The notes under the pieces were generated by a model. It saw only the letters and a program-made list of their open reading frames with translations, was not told where the DNA came from and made no database searches. From assembly GCA_021773235.1 (NCBI GenBank), contig JAJFKL010000043.1:14072-78071 (forward strand): a stretch of DNA of 64,000 nt, in the 5' to 3' direction. The stretch comes from Gammaproteobacteria bacterium (lineage in GTDB: Bacteria > Pseudomonadota > Gammaproteobacteria > Eutrophobiales > Eutrophobiaceae). A program made the translations under genes and the position numbers. This document shows, piece by piece, positions 18,645 through 29,124 of the stretch. Every line of letters starts with the position of its first letter. Position 1 is the stretch's first letter.

Positions 18645-19631
18645 CTATTTGTAGTTCTCTGCATTGAACCATTTTATAGCATCTTCAAGACCTTCAATTC
18701 CGGGTCTTGATTGATAGTCTAATTTATCTTTTGCCTTATTACTGGAAAAAAACATAATTTTTTTAGACATTTTGACACTCTCTACAGTGGCTCTAGGTTC
18801 ATTATGAGTAATGCTGGCAATACGTTCCATTAGCCAGGCAATAGGCAAAACTAAATTATGGGGTAAGCTGATAGAAGGCGGCTTCATTCCTTGATTGATA
18901 CAAATATATTTCAATATCTGTGCTAACGACATATTGTCGCCACCAAGAATATAACGTTCACCAATGGTTCCTTTTTCCAATGCAAGTAAATGTCCATTCG
19001 CAACATCATCAACATGCACAATATTTAAACCCGTTTCGACATAGGCCGGCATGCGATTACGAATTGTATCAAGGACGATTCTCCCTGTAGGTGTAGGTTT
19101 GATATCGCGTGGCCCGACTGGCGTTGAAGGATTAACAATAACAACTGGGCTGGCCATATCTTTAACTAGTTTATGTACTTCTTGCTCAGCCAGGTATTTT
19201 GAACGCTTATAATGGCCAATCATATCTTCAAGTGTTACCGGCGTAGTCTCATCAGAAGGAGTGCCATCTTTATTAATGCCCAAGGTTGCGACACTACTGG
19301 TATAGACAATTTTATCAACACGGGCTTTAGTAGCAGCGATAATTAAATCGCGTGTCCCGTCTACATTTGTGGCATACATAGGAGCTGGATCAGGCAGCCA
19401 TAAGCGGTAGTCTGCAGCAATATGAAACAAAGTATCACATCCTGTGACAGCACTTTGTAAAGAATTAGAATCTCGTAGATCACCTTCAATAACTTCCAGG
19501 TCAATGCCATCAAAGTTACGTCTATCCGAACCTGGCCTGACCAATGCACGTACTTCGTGTCCGTTTTTAATGAGTAGTCGTAAGACGGAAGATCCTACAA
19601 ATCCATTCGCGCCAGTTATTAATGTTTTCAT
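18645..19631 (-). CDS. hpnA: hopanoid-associated NAD-dependent sugar epimerase (HpnA-like)
   Basis: 328 aa. Rossmann GxxGxxG (ITGANGFVGSSV) and YxxxK (YKRSKY). Typical HpnA size. Sits in the hopanoid cluster. Confidence 0.65.
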   Translation of the reverse strand: MKTLITGANGFVGSSVLRLLIKNGHEVRALVRPGSDRRNFDGIDLEVIEGDLRDSNSLQSAVTGCDTLFHIAADYRLWLPDPAPMYATNVDGTRDLIIAATKARVDKIVYTSSVATLGINKDGTPSDETTPVTLEDMIGHYKRSKYLAEQEVHKLVKDMASPVVIVNPSTPVGPRDIKPTPTGRIVLDTIRNRMPAYVETGLNIVHVDDVANGHLLALEKGTIGERYILGGDNMSLAQILKYICINQGMKPPSISLPHNLVLPIAWLMERIASITHNEPRATVESVKMSKKIMFFSSNKAKDKLDYQSRPGIEGLEDAIKWFNAENYK

Positions 19632-19649
19632 ATAGAACAGTTATCGATT

Positions 19650-22280
19650 TCAATCACGGTTTAACAATCTAGGACTCATTGAATTTAGCCATATTAATAG
19701 TGCAGGTAGTACTAGTAATGTAGAGATCATCATTGAGGCTAGCCCTAATGATAATAGTAATCCCATGCTTGCAGTACCTTGATGCGACGAAAAGGCCAAG
19801 TTCCCGATGCTACAGATAGTTGTCAATGAACTAACAATAACGCCACGAGAAGAACTAGTCATAAAAATATTTCTTTTAGTTTGCTGTTCCTGACGAAACC
19901 GGTCGGCAATATGAATGCCACTGTCGACACCAATACCTAGTAGCAAAGGTAGGCCAATAATGTTTGCAAAATTGAGTGGGATGTTAAATAACAGCATAAA
20001 GCCAAAGGTAAACGTGCCACCAATTAAAACAGATAGTAATATGATTAATGCATCTATTTTAATTTTCATTAACAAAATTAATAATATTGATATAGCAATA
20101 AATGCATAAGTAAATGCTGATTTGAACGCGGTTATAACAGCATCACCTGCTTCAATACTAATTACCGGGGAACCGATAACATTGTTATTAAATGCTTGTA
20201 GTTGTTTTACAAATCTTTTCATTGCAGCATTATTATTAAGGTTCTCAACAGGTAAAACTTGTAATTTGTAATGATTATCACTGACCCAACGATCATGGAT
20301 TTCAGCAGGGATATTGTTTGAACCTACTTCCTCGGCATTGAGGGCATCAGCTAAAGATCGCATCCTGCCAGGGAAACTATTCAACAATTGTTGTTCCACC
20401 AATTTAATTTCTTCGTTATTTTTAGACGTATTTAATTTTAGTAATAAATTATGCAGGTTGTTTTTTAGAGACAACAGCTCTTCATTTGCCGTATCTGCTG
20501 ACATGGACTCAAGCTTTTTGATTAATTTTTTTATTGTATCAAGTCGTTCGTCATTATTAATTCCAGAGATTGTGCCAGATGATGTGAGCGTTCCTAATAA
20601 TAAATTCATGTCATCAATAATAAATAATTTATCTTCCTGCTCTTCAGGTATAAAGCTATTTAGAGAAACGACATCATCTACTAATGACAATGATGTAACA
20701 TCATTTTTAGTTGATTGGATCTCAGCAGAATTTTTGTTAAGTAAAATACCACTCCATGGCGATGTTTTACTGTCTTTTAATAAATCACGATAGGTCTGTA
20801 CAGATTCATTATCAGGATCTTGAAGATTTAATGTGTTTGTATCGAAACTTATTTTATTATATTGAGAGCTCAGGCCAAGAATAATTATTAATGTGAGTAG
20901 TAGTATTTTTTTAGTATGTTTATAAGGAATGTTAATTATTATTTCTAATACAGGGTTGATGTGCTTATTCTGGGTGTCTAGCCTTGGTTTTGAATGAATA
21001 AAAGTTAAAAGTGCAGGTAATAATGTAAAAGTAAATATTAAACTGATAAACATGCCACTACCGGCAATCCAGCCTAATTCAGCCACGCCCAGATAATCAG
21101 TTGGGATAAAAGAATAAAAACCAATTGCCGTTGTTATCGCACAAAGGATTAATGACTTAAAAATATGGGTTATTGCCATTTGCAATGCATGACTACTATC
21201 AGCTATCGAAAGCTTCTCTTCTCGAAAACGCAATAGTAAGTGGATTGCAAAATCAATCCCCAGACCGATATACAGAACGGCGAATGCGACTGAGATAAGA
21301 TTTAACTCACCAATTGTTGCAGTTGCAAAAGCAGTAGTAGCGATTAAGCCAAATAGTAATGTAGTCAAACATGCAGAGACTAGCGATAGTGAGCCCAGTC
21401 CTATGGATAGAATAATCGCAACCAGGATCAAGGAGATTAAAATAGCTTGAATATTCGCTTCAGAGACACTCTTTAATTCTTCATAAGAAAGGACAGTGCC
21501 GCCTGTCAACCGGACTTGAATCGAAATATTATTAGCTAATTTTATTGACTCTATAGTTGTTCGGACATGTTCTATTATATCTTCGTCAGGTAATAAAGAA
21601 TTACTGTTATCTTTAACTTGCAAGACAATGAATTCACGATAAGTATCTTCAATCTCATCGTCAGGATTCATTAATCGTTGCCAGGATACTTGATGGCTTT
21701 CATCTTCGAGTGCGTGATTAATTTCAAGTAACAAAGGCTTAATGTTTATATCTTCGCCATCTTGTTTTGCCTGAATTGCATCGTTCAACATATTAAACAA
21801 GCCGCGTAGATTCTGGTCTTCTATCAAGGTCCCCAGGAAAGGCTGGATCGTTGCTAATCGATCAGACAGGTCTTGCAATTCATCAAGCTCTAGAAACAGA
21901 AAAGCGGACTGACGAAAGTAGGGCAAGATTGCGGGGTAATAGATATCGTTCAAGAACGTCGAATCATTTTTAAACTCGGAATACAATAGCTCTGCTGTGT
22001 CACGTGCCTGATCAGGCGTCTTTGCTTCTACAACAACAAGGATATTATCGTTAAATTGTGGAAATAATCTTTCGTACTCAATATCAAGTTGTCGCCAATG
22101 CAGATCCTTTGACAGCATGTCAGTGGTACTGGTACTCATATCAAGATTATCTTTGATATAAAATACGGCGGCGATGGTGAGCGCAACAATGCCAATGATT
22201 ATTGGAACCCGAAATTTCTCAATGAATTGCAACCAGCAAAGTATCATACGTTCGGATGCCGATGTATGGGTTTGATTCAT
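19650..22280 (-). CDS. hpnN: hopanoid biosynthesis-associated RND/MMPL transporter HpnN
   Basis: 876 aa. Two 6-TM bundles separated by large periplasmic loops, MMPL-type. Adjacent to shc and hpnG. Confidence 0.75.
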   Translation of the reverse strand: MNQTHTSASERMILCWLQFIEKFRVPIIIGIVALTIAAVFYIKDNLDMSTSTTDMLSKDLHWRQLDIEYERLFPQFNDNILVVVEAKTPDQARDTAELLYSEFKNDSTFLNDIYYPAILPYFRQSAFLFLELDELQDLSDRLATIQPFLGTLIEDQNLRGLFNMLNDAIQAKQDGEDINIKPLLLEINHALEDESHQVSWQRLMNPDDEIEDTYREFIVLQVKDNSNSLLPDEDIIEHVRTTIESIKLANNISIQVRLTGGTVLSYEELKSVSEANIQAILISLILVAIILSIGLGSLSLVSACLTTLLFGLIATTAFATATIGELNLISVAFAVLYIGLGIDFAIHLLLRFREEKLSIADSSHALQMAITHIFKSLILCAITTAIGFYSFIPTDYLGVAELGWIAGSGMFISLIFTFTLLPALLTFIHSKPRLDTQNKHINPVLEIIINIPYKHTKKILLLTLIIILGLSSQYNKISFDTNTLNLQDPDNESVQTYRDLLKDSKTSPWSGILLNKNSAEIQSTKNDVTSLSLVDDVVSLNSFIPEEQEDKLFIIDDMNLLLGTLTSSGTISGINNDERLDTIKKLIKKLESMSADTANEELLSLKNNLHNLLLKLNTSKNNEEIKLVEQQLLNSFPGRMRSLADALNAEEVGSNNIPAEIHDRWVSDNHYKLQVLPVENLNNNAAMKRFVKQLQAFNNNVIGSPVISIEAGDAVITAFKSAFTYAFIAISILLILLMKIKIDALIILLSVLIGGTFTFGFMLLFNIPLNFANIIGLPLLLGIGVDSGIHIADRFRQEQQTKRNIFMTSSSRGVIVSSLTTICSIGNLAFSSHQGTASMGLLLSLGLASMMISTLLVLPALLIWLNSMSPRLLNRD

Positions 22281-22329
22281 TATTTGTTATCCAGTTTTGA
22301 CAAGCTAAACGGAGCTTGTCTGATAATCA

Positions 22330-23076
22330 CTAGACTCTAAACACGTATTCTTTTTCATCATCGCGTTCTATATCAGGTGGGTAACTGAGACGTTTGTCAT
22401 CATAATACTGTCTTCGATGATCGCCTTCAGCTGCAGCATTATATGTGACGTAAAGTACTCTTCGTTGCTCATTCGTCATATTTGGTTCTGAACGGTGTGG
22501 TGCAAATGAATCAAAAAAGACAGCATCGCCCGGATTGGTTGTTACTGATACATAATCCAGAGCATCTTCTTCAAGTGGTTTCCATGCTTCGCCTATTAAA
22601 CCCTTATCGTGATATCCGCTTGCCATTTGTAGACAACCATTTTCAATGGTAGAAGCATCAACACTGACTAAGGCAGTAATATGTAATTTGGAATAACGAT
22701 CCCAACCGGCTTGTACATCTTGATGCGCTTTAAAACCATCACCGCCAGGCATCTTGAAATTGATTTTGTCTTTAAACAAGATTGCTTCATCATTAAATAG
22801 TTGTGATGTAATTTGTTGTATCTCACCACGCATGAAAAGGTCGCTGAAGCCCTGGTGAAAGGGTTCAATATCTTCCATTCGTGACAATATGCGATCTCCT
22901 GAGGCCAGTTTACTTTTTTCGAAATACATCATGTATTTACCGGGGACTTCAGGATAATTTGTAACTTCTTCAGTCCATTCAATAATTTCCTGCATTCGCT
23001 CAGCGTTATATAAATCTCGTATAACTAGAAATCCTGTGCTGTTGAATTCTTCGATTTGTTCGTTGCTTATTTTCAT
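22330..23076 (-). CDS. phytanoyl-CoA dioxygenase (PhyH) family Fe(II)/2-oxoglutarate oxygenase
   Basis: 248 aa. HxD...H facial triad (KAHQDVQ ... FAPHRSEPN). Confidence 0.65.
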   Translation of the reverse strand: MKISNEQIEEFNSTGFLVIRDLYNAERMQEIIEWTEEVTNYPEVPGKYMMYFEKSKLASGDRILSRMEDIEPFHQGFSDLFMRGEIQQITSQLFNDEAILFKDKINFKMPGGDGFKAHQDVQAGWDRYSKLHITALVSVDASTIENGCLQMASGYHDKGLIGEAWKPLEEDALDYVSVTTNPGDAVFFDSFAPHRSEPNMTNEQRRVLYVTYNAAAEGDHRRQYYDDKRLSYPPDIERDDEKEYVFRV

Positions 23077-23150
23077 GATAGATGGTGTTTTAAATTAATA
23101 ATGTCGCTCTTATAAACCAGTTAGTAATCTATGACAAGTGACAGTAACAA

Positions 23151-23870
23151 TTAACTGTCAGAATAGAGAAAATGACTGTCTTTTAGTAGTTGTGCAATTT
23201 CTGATAAAGATGCCAGTCCTTTTTTATAACCGCTTGCCAATGAAGATATCTCTCGAATTTGTTTAGGTTTCAAAATACAGGACAACATAAAATTAAAAAT
23301 TCTGGGCTGCCCCAGATTGTTGGTGTGTTTCAAAATCGCCTCCGGTATGGCTGTGTCAGCATCATCAGAAATTGTTCGTATCACAAGTAGGTCAAGGTTG
23401 TTTTCCGTTGCCGTTTCTGCAATCGCTGCGCTTTCCATATCCACGGCCAAGGCCCCTGTGTTTTGTGATAGATGTTGCTTGTCCGCTATGGACGCACAAA
23501 TTTCTTTACATGATGCAATATCACCACTAAAGATATTAGGTTCTGACGGAAGAAAATGTTCCGATACTCGGCTTAGCCAATCCTCGGATACCGAATAACG
23601 ATTCTCCCCATTAATAATGGAACTAGCCAGAATAACATCGCCTGACTTTAAAGAATTATCAATTGCTCCCGCGACTCCCCAACTTATCAAGGCATCTACT
23701 TTTAAAGCGACTAGTTTTTTTGCAGCAAAGAGAGCGGATTCATGACCAATACCAGACAGACATAAAAAAACATCTTGCTGTATTTCGATAGGCAGACCAG
23801 CTTTTAATTTTTTACTAGAAAGACACTTTGCCTCTGCAGGTAAAGCTGCAATGATGCCAATTCTGCTCAA
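23151..23870 (-). CDS. hpnG: hopanoid-associated phosphorylase/nucleosidase HpnG (PNP/MTAN fold)
   Basis: 239 aa. N-terminus RIGIIAALPAEA like MTA/SAH nucleosidases. The apparent start is TTG at 23870. Confidence 0.65.
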   Translation of the reverse strand: MSRIGIIAALPAEAKCLSSKKLKAGLPIEIQQDVFLCLSGIGHESALFAAKKLVALKVDALISWGVAGAIDNSLKSGDVILASSIINGENRYSVSEDWLSRVSEHFLPSEPNIFSGDIASCKEICASIADKQHLSQNTGALAVDMESAAIAETATENNLDLLVIRTISDDADTAIPEAILKHTNNLGQPRIFNFMLSCILKPKQIREISSLASGYKKGLASLSEIAQLLKDSHFLYSDS

Positions 23871-23887
23871 GACTTAATGTAGGGCGT

Positions 23888-24009
23888 GTCTAAAAATAGT
23901 GGTTTTTTCGTGAGTGCAAGGGTGCTTCGCGCGGAGAACCGGAGTGTATTAACTACACATGAGGATTCGAGCACGAGACAGCCACAGCAATCGTGGAAAA
24001 AATGCATTT
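23888..24009. repeat. intra-operon repeat element, copy A (between shc and hpnG)
   Basis: About 75% identical to 45505..45656. Shared blocks: gtgagtgcaagg, cgcgc-gaaccgga, tacatgagga, caatcg-ggaaaaa. Internal hairpin gtgta-ttaac-tacac here versus atgtat-aaata-atacat in copy B (compensatory change). Confidence 0.6.
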
Positions 24010-25977
24010 TTAGGTGTGCCCTGTGAGATTGCGGTAACGGGCTAGTGCCCAAAGCGGAAAATATTTCGTGTAACCATGATATTTTAAATAGAACACACGT
24101 GGAAATCCTGGTGCCGTATAACTGTCATCATACCAATGACCATCCGTAGACTGGTTTGCTATGAGATAGTTAATGCCGCGTTTTACAGCATCTGTTTCTG
24201 CTTCGCCGACTGCTAATAATGAAAGTAAAGCCCATGCCGTTTGGAAGGCGGTGCTTTTATATGGGCGGTAATGTCTTGGTGGGTAATAACTATCATTACT
24301 CTCTCCCCAGCCACCATCTTCATTTTGTATTTCTTGAAAGTACGTAACGGCTTTTCTAATGTATTCCTGTTGAGGATCTTCATCAGTCAGTTCAAGTGCC
24401 GTCAGTACCGACCAGGTACCATAGATATAATTTGTTCCCCAACGACCAAACCAGGAACCATCTTCTTCCTGATCCGATTTTAAAAATTTAATGGCATCGC
24501 TGATAGTTGTTGCATATTTCTCTTTATCGGCGAGGGACAATAATGCGATTACACGACCGGTTACATCGGCCGTAGGCGGATCGAGTAGGGCGCCATGATC
24601 TGCGAAGGGAATGGCATTGAGATAATACTGGGTATTATTCACTTCAAATGATCCAAAACCGCCACCGCTGGATCGCATACCCGCCACCCAAACTGCTGCT
24701 CGTTCAATAGCTTCCGTATACTTCTCATTGCCAGTACGATGCATCGCCCAGGCGACCATGGAAGTATCATCCAGATCAGGGTAAAAATAATTACTGTATT
24801 GAAACGCCCAGCCTCCACCAGCAAGATGCGGTCTTGGTATGCGCCAATCACCGGGTTCATCGCTTAGCTGTCGATCTTTAAGCCAATCGAGAGCATGTTC
24901 AATCTCCGGGGTGATGTTTGCTTCGGTTTCCGTTTCGATCATTGCCTGTCCGGCCAAACATGTGTCCCATACGGGAGATACACATGGTTGAACATACATG
25001 CTATTACCGCGTTTGGTTAATAATGCATCAATAGCTTGTCGTGCCAGCTTGCGATCAGGATGCTCTTTCGGATAACCCAAAGCGACCATCGACTCAAACA
25101 CATTAACCATTGCTGGAAAAATACCACCAATGCCATGTTCTTCATTCATCCGCGCCAGGAACCATTGTTCACATTTACGGATAGAGTATTGGCGTATAAA
25201 TTTTGGTACTAGTTTTTCTGCCATGCGACCAATATTGTCAAGCAACAGAAAAGCTCTACTAAGCGTTGTGGTTACTTTGAAATAATGTTGCTCATCTTCA
25301 GGCGGTGTTATGAATAATTCTCTAATATCAATGCCGCGAGAATTTACAGCTAAGGGTTTCATCGTGCATAAAACAAATAGAGGCACCATTACCGTACGTG
25401 ACCAATAAGAAACCTTGTCTATATGGAATGGAAACCACTTCGGTAAAATAATCACTTCTGCAGGAATAAAGGGAACCGCTCTCCACGGGACCTGGCCAAA
25501 TAAAGCCATCGTGATTCGTGTAAATACATTGGCGTGTGACGCGCCGCCATGATTCAAGATCATATTCTTGGCTCGAACCATGTGTTCATCGTGTGGGTCA
25601 TCGCCTGTGATCTTCAAGGCATAGTAAGCTTTGACTGAACAGCTGATATCAAAATCACCACCGGTATAGAGAGACCAACCACCTTCTTCATTTTGTTGGT
25701 CACGTAAATATTGTGCGATCTTTTGTTCGGTTTCATCGTCGATTTCACCGACGAAGTGATTCATTAAAATATATTCAGCAGGGATAGTGCAGTCGGCTTC
25801 GAGTTCATAGACCCAATGACCGTCATCGTGTTGTTGCTCAAGTAATTTTTCTTTAGCAGATGATATAGTTTCATCCAGATTATTTATGTTTTTAGATGAG
25901 TGAGATTCATCTAATGGATGATTGGTGATATTTTCGTTTCTTGTTTCGAGGTTCATTACTATCGTTTGACAATCCAC
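24010..25977 (-). CDS. shc: squalene-hopene cyclase
   Basis: 655 aa. Multiple QW motifs. Catalytic DxDDT motif (PDLDDTSMV). Terpene cyclase size. Confidence 0.9.
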   Translation of the reverse strand: MDCQTIVMNLETRNENITNHPLDESHSSKNINNLDETISSAKEKLLEQQHDDGHWVYELEADCTIPAEYILMNHFVGEIDDETEQKIAQYLRDQQNEEGGWSLYTGGDFDISCSVKAYYALKITGDDPHDEHMVRAKNMILNHGGASHANVFTRITMALFGQVPWRAVPFIPAEVIILPKWFPFHIDKVSYWSRTVMVPLFVLCTMKPLAVNSRGIDIRELFITPPEDEQHYFKVTTTLSRAFLLLDNIGRMAEKLVPKFIRQYSIRKCEQWFLARMNEEHGIGGIFPAMVNVFESMVALGYPKEHPDRKLARQAIDALLTKRGNSMYVQPCVSPVWDTCLAGQAMIETETEANITPEIEHALDWLKDRQLSDEPGDWRIPRPHLAGGGWAFQYSNYFYPDLDDTSMVAWAMHRTGNEKYTEAIERAAVWVAGMRSSGGGFGSFEVNNTQYYLNAIPFADHGALLDPPTADVTGRVIALLSLADKEKYATTISDAIKFLKSDQEEDGSWFGRWGTNYIYGTWSVLTALELTDEDPQQEYIRKAVTYFQEIQNEDGGWGESNDSYYPPRHYRPYKSTAFQTAWALLSLLAVGEAETDAVKRGINYLIANQSTDGHWYDDSYTAPGFPRVFYLKYHGYTKYFPLWALARYRNLTGHT

Positions 25978-26086
25978 AGCGATGTTAAATTAGGGCACAT
26001 AGTGACAATCATTAAAAATTATTAATGTTTGTCGCTACTCTCTTTCCCCTCATTCTTATCAGTGTTTGTCATGCAACGCGCTGATA

Positions 26087-27145
26087 TCAACAGAGTTTCT
26101 CATGAATGTCTGCCATAGGCAAACGACGGCCACTGAATCGGAAAAGGGTCTTTAAAGCCCACTCATTGCCAACAAAGAGGCTGGTGAAAAATATCGTCGC
26201 TTTGACGCTGCGGCGGCTTATTTTTACTTCTTGACCGGTAGTAAAATTAGGCTTTTGCCGGATCTTTTCAAGCGTTAATACAGCCATTCCCAAAGCCCAT
26301 AGACAAAAACGACGCAGGCCCTTTTCTTTAGCAGGTATTTTCAGGGTATACAGTAAGGCATTGTGAATATGAGCATGCGCAACACCAAGCAATTCAATCA
26401 AGGCCTCATCAAACCCGGCTTCATTTTTGCCAAGTACCTTATGGCGTATATCGACCCCATATTTATTGAAAATATCACGTGGTAACCAGCAAGCCCCGCG
26501 TTCATGGTCTTCCCAGATGTCCTTCAAAATATTGGTCATTTGCAATCCCTGACCAAATGACACGCCTAATTGCATCATTTCTTCTCTTTGGGCATCAATT
26601 TCAGGGGAATAATCACAGAATAATTCGGTCAGCATCTCTCCAACCACGCCGGCAACGTAATAACAATATTGCCCCATGTCTTTCAAGTCAGCCATTCCAT
26701 CCAGCGTCTCGGCATCTTGATAACGAACCATGCCCTCGGCCATGATTGAGACACAGCGTTCGAGTGCTGTTCGCTGTCGTTCATTAAAACCATGGGTGAT
26801 TCGAATCACTGGAGCTGTATTGGCAATTAGATCATGCTCTGCCTCAGTGGCGGTTGGGGATAATAAAGGAAACAGGCCTTCAGCAAAGGTTTCAGCGCCA
26901 TCAGTACCTTTCACTACTTGAATAAATTGCTCAGCGTATTCACGTTTCAAGGCGGCCGTCATCAATTTATCATCTTCAATCGTATCGGCTATACGACATA
27001 AGAGATAGGCATTGCCAACAACCTCACAGAGTGATTCTGGTAATTGTGGAATGGTCAGTGCAAATGTACGGGAGACGTGCTGCAATATCTCATTCTGATA
27101 GGCGATATCATCCAGCTCGGTCGTAAATTCGTTTTTAGACTTCAT
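26087..27145 (-). CDS. squalene synthase (trans-isoprenyl diphosphate synthase, head-to-head; SQS/HpnC-D family)
   Basis: 352 aa. Asp-rich motifs CRIADTIEDD and NILKDIWED, plus YCYYVAGVVGEM. Its length fits a single-enzyme squalene synthase. Confidence 0.75.
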   Translation of the reverse strand: MKSKNEFTTELDDIAYQNEILQHVSRTFALTIPQLPESLCEVVGNAYLLCRIADTIEDDKLMTAALKREYAEQFIQVVKGTDGAETFAEGLFPLLSPTATEAEHDLIANTAPVIRITHGFNERQRTALERCVSIMAEGMVRYQDAETLDGMADLKDMGQYCYYVAGVVGEMLTELFCDYSPEIDAQREEMMQLGVSFGQGLQMTNILKDIWEDHERGACWLPRDIFNKYGVDIRHKVLGKNEAGFDEALIELLGVAHAHIHNALLYTLKIPAKEKGLRRFCLWALGMAVLTLEKIRQKPNFTTGQEVKISRRSVKATIFFTSLFVGNEWALKTLFRFSGRRLPMADIHEKLC

Positions 27146-27439
27146 TCTTTAAAATAATCCATTAAAAAACAATGTGTTATAAAAAGCAGCTATAATATTA
27201 AGCCCTATCAGCATGAATCTTGTGCAAAGCATCAGAAATCATGATGTTACCGGGTATAATTCCAGAAAAATGATACAATTCAACAATTAGGGCGATTCGG
27301 TGCTGCACATTACAGCCTCAATTATACGGATGCAAATAATCAATTCTGAATCCCCAAGACTAATTTTAATGAATGGAATTTAAATGTCTGATAATTTTCC
27401 GGCATTTCACACACCTTATATATAAAAGAGAGTAAAAGA

Positions 27440-29119
27440 GTGAATTCAGTTTCTGACATCATTCCGTCGGCAGGCATTACTGACGCTGATAATCAACCGA
27501 AGCAAATTGATTGGCATGCCGGTTCAAATGGACAGTTATTTGAAGTAGAAGCCTTGCCGGAAAGACTCTGCTCGCTTGATGTGCCATTTTCACTGGTATC
27601 AGATCAATCTCAAATCAAATTAGGGCTCGGTGGCTCAATCCATCTCGATGATAAAGTTGAGGATGAAAACGCTTATCAACATTTGGCCTTTGTACCGAAG
27701 CAAACGATCCAGGCATTGGGCAATAAACAGTTTTGTCATGATTATGCGATTAAGTATCCGTACATGACGGGTGCCATGGCAAATGGTATCGCCTCTGTCG
27801 AATTAGTCGAGGCCATAGCCAAGGCGGATATGCTGGCATCATTTGGTGCTGCAGGTTTATCGTTGGCAGAAGTTGAAAAAGCAATTCAGCGTATACAAGC
27901 CTCTATCCCAAACAAACCATTTTGTTTTAACCTTATCTATAGTCCGAATGAAAAGGGTCATGAAGATGCCGTAGTCGATCTCTATCTACGCTATGGTGTT
28001 GATCTGGTAGAAACCTCAGCTTACATGAAACTCACTTTACCGGTGGTACGTTATCGTGTGAAAGGTATTCATAAAGATGCACAAGGTAATATCGTTGTTC
28101 CAAATCGAATTATTGCCAAGGCATCACGTGTTGAACTGGCGAGTAAATGGTTTAGTCCTCCACCAGAAAAATTACTCAATGAGTTAGTAGCTCAGGGCGC
28201 AATTACTGAAGCAGAAGCTGGGCTAGCCAAAGATATTCCGATGGCACAGGATCTGACTGTCGAAGCTGACTCAGGCGGACACACAGATAATCGTCCAGCA
28301 ATAACACTACTACCAACGATGTTGGCCTTACGTGATCAAATACAAGCGGAATATAATTATGCACATGAACTGCGTGTTGGTGCAGCAGGCGGTATTGCAA
28401 CACCTGCTTCTGCCCTAGGCGCCTTTGCGATGGGTGCGGCGTATATTGTTACAGGCACGGTAAATCAAGCCTGCAAAGAATCAGGTTCATCGGATATTGT
28501 CAGAGAGATGTTAGCCAATACAGGACAAGCCGATGTGACGATGGCGCCGGCAGTTGATATGTTTGAAATGGGTGTGAAGTTACAAGTTTTAAAACGCGGT
28601 TCTATGTTTGCCATGCGTGGGAATAAACTTTATGAGCTATACAAAAAATACGCATCGATTGATGAAATACCAGAAAAGGACAAAGCCAATATAGAAAAAA
28701 CAATTTTTAAAATGTCCTTAGAGGATGTTTGGCAAAAGACCTATGATTTTTTTAGTGAACGCGATCCTTCACAAGTAGAAAAAGCAAAGAATGACCCGAA
28801 ACATAAAATGGCATTAATTTTTCGCTGGTACCTTGGCTTATCATCGCGTTGGGCAAATGCCGGCGTAGCAGATCGTCAAGTGGATTATCAAGTCTGGTGT
28901 GGCCCTGCCATGGGTGCCTTCAATGAATGGACACGTGATACGTTTTTGGCAACAACGGAGAAACGTGATGCAGTAACGGTTGCAATGAATATTATGTTTG
29001 GTGCGGCATTCTTAAGTCGTGCGAATGGAATTTTAAAACAAGGTGTTGAGCTTGCTGGTGTATTAACCCAGTTCCAACCGATGCAACTTGATGCAATAGA
29101 AAAATATTTAACTGAGTAA
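27440..29119 (+). CDS. pfaD: PfaD-family trans-acting enoyl reductase (FMN/TIM-barrel, 2-nitropropane dioxygenase-like)
   Basis: 559 aa. Highly conserved PfaD block KYPYMTGAMANGIASVELV. Confidence 0.9.
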   Translation: MNSVSDIIPSAGITDADNQPKQIDWHAGSNGQLFEVEALPERLCSLDVPFSLVSDQSQIKLGLGGSIHLDDKVEDENAYQHLAFVPKQTIQALGNKQFCHDYAIKYPYMTGAMANGIASVELVEAIAKADMLASFGAAGLSLAEVEKAIQRIQASIPNKPFCFNLIYSPNEKGHEDAVVDLYLRYGVDLVETSAYMKLTLPVVRYRVKGIHKDAQGNIVVPNRIIAKASRVELASKWFSPPPEKLLNELVAQGAITEAEAGLAKDIPMAQDLTVEADSGGHTDNRPAITLLPTMLALRDQIQAEYNYAHELRVGAAGGIATPASALGAFAMGAAYIVTGTVNQACKESGSSDIVREMLANTGQADVTMAPAVDMFEMGVKLQVLKRGSMFAMRGNKLYELYKKYASIDEIPEKDKANIEKTIFKMSLEDVWQKTYDFFSERDPSQVEKAKNDPKHKMALIFRWYLGLSSRWANAGVADRQVDYQVWCGPAMGAFNEWTRDTFLATTEKRDAVTVAMNIMFGAAFLSRANGILKQGVELAGVLTQFQPMQLDAIEKYLTE

Positions 29120-29124
29120 TAGTA

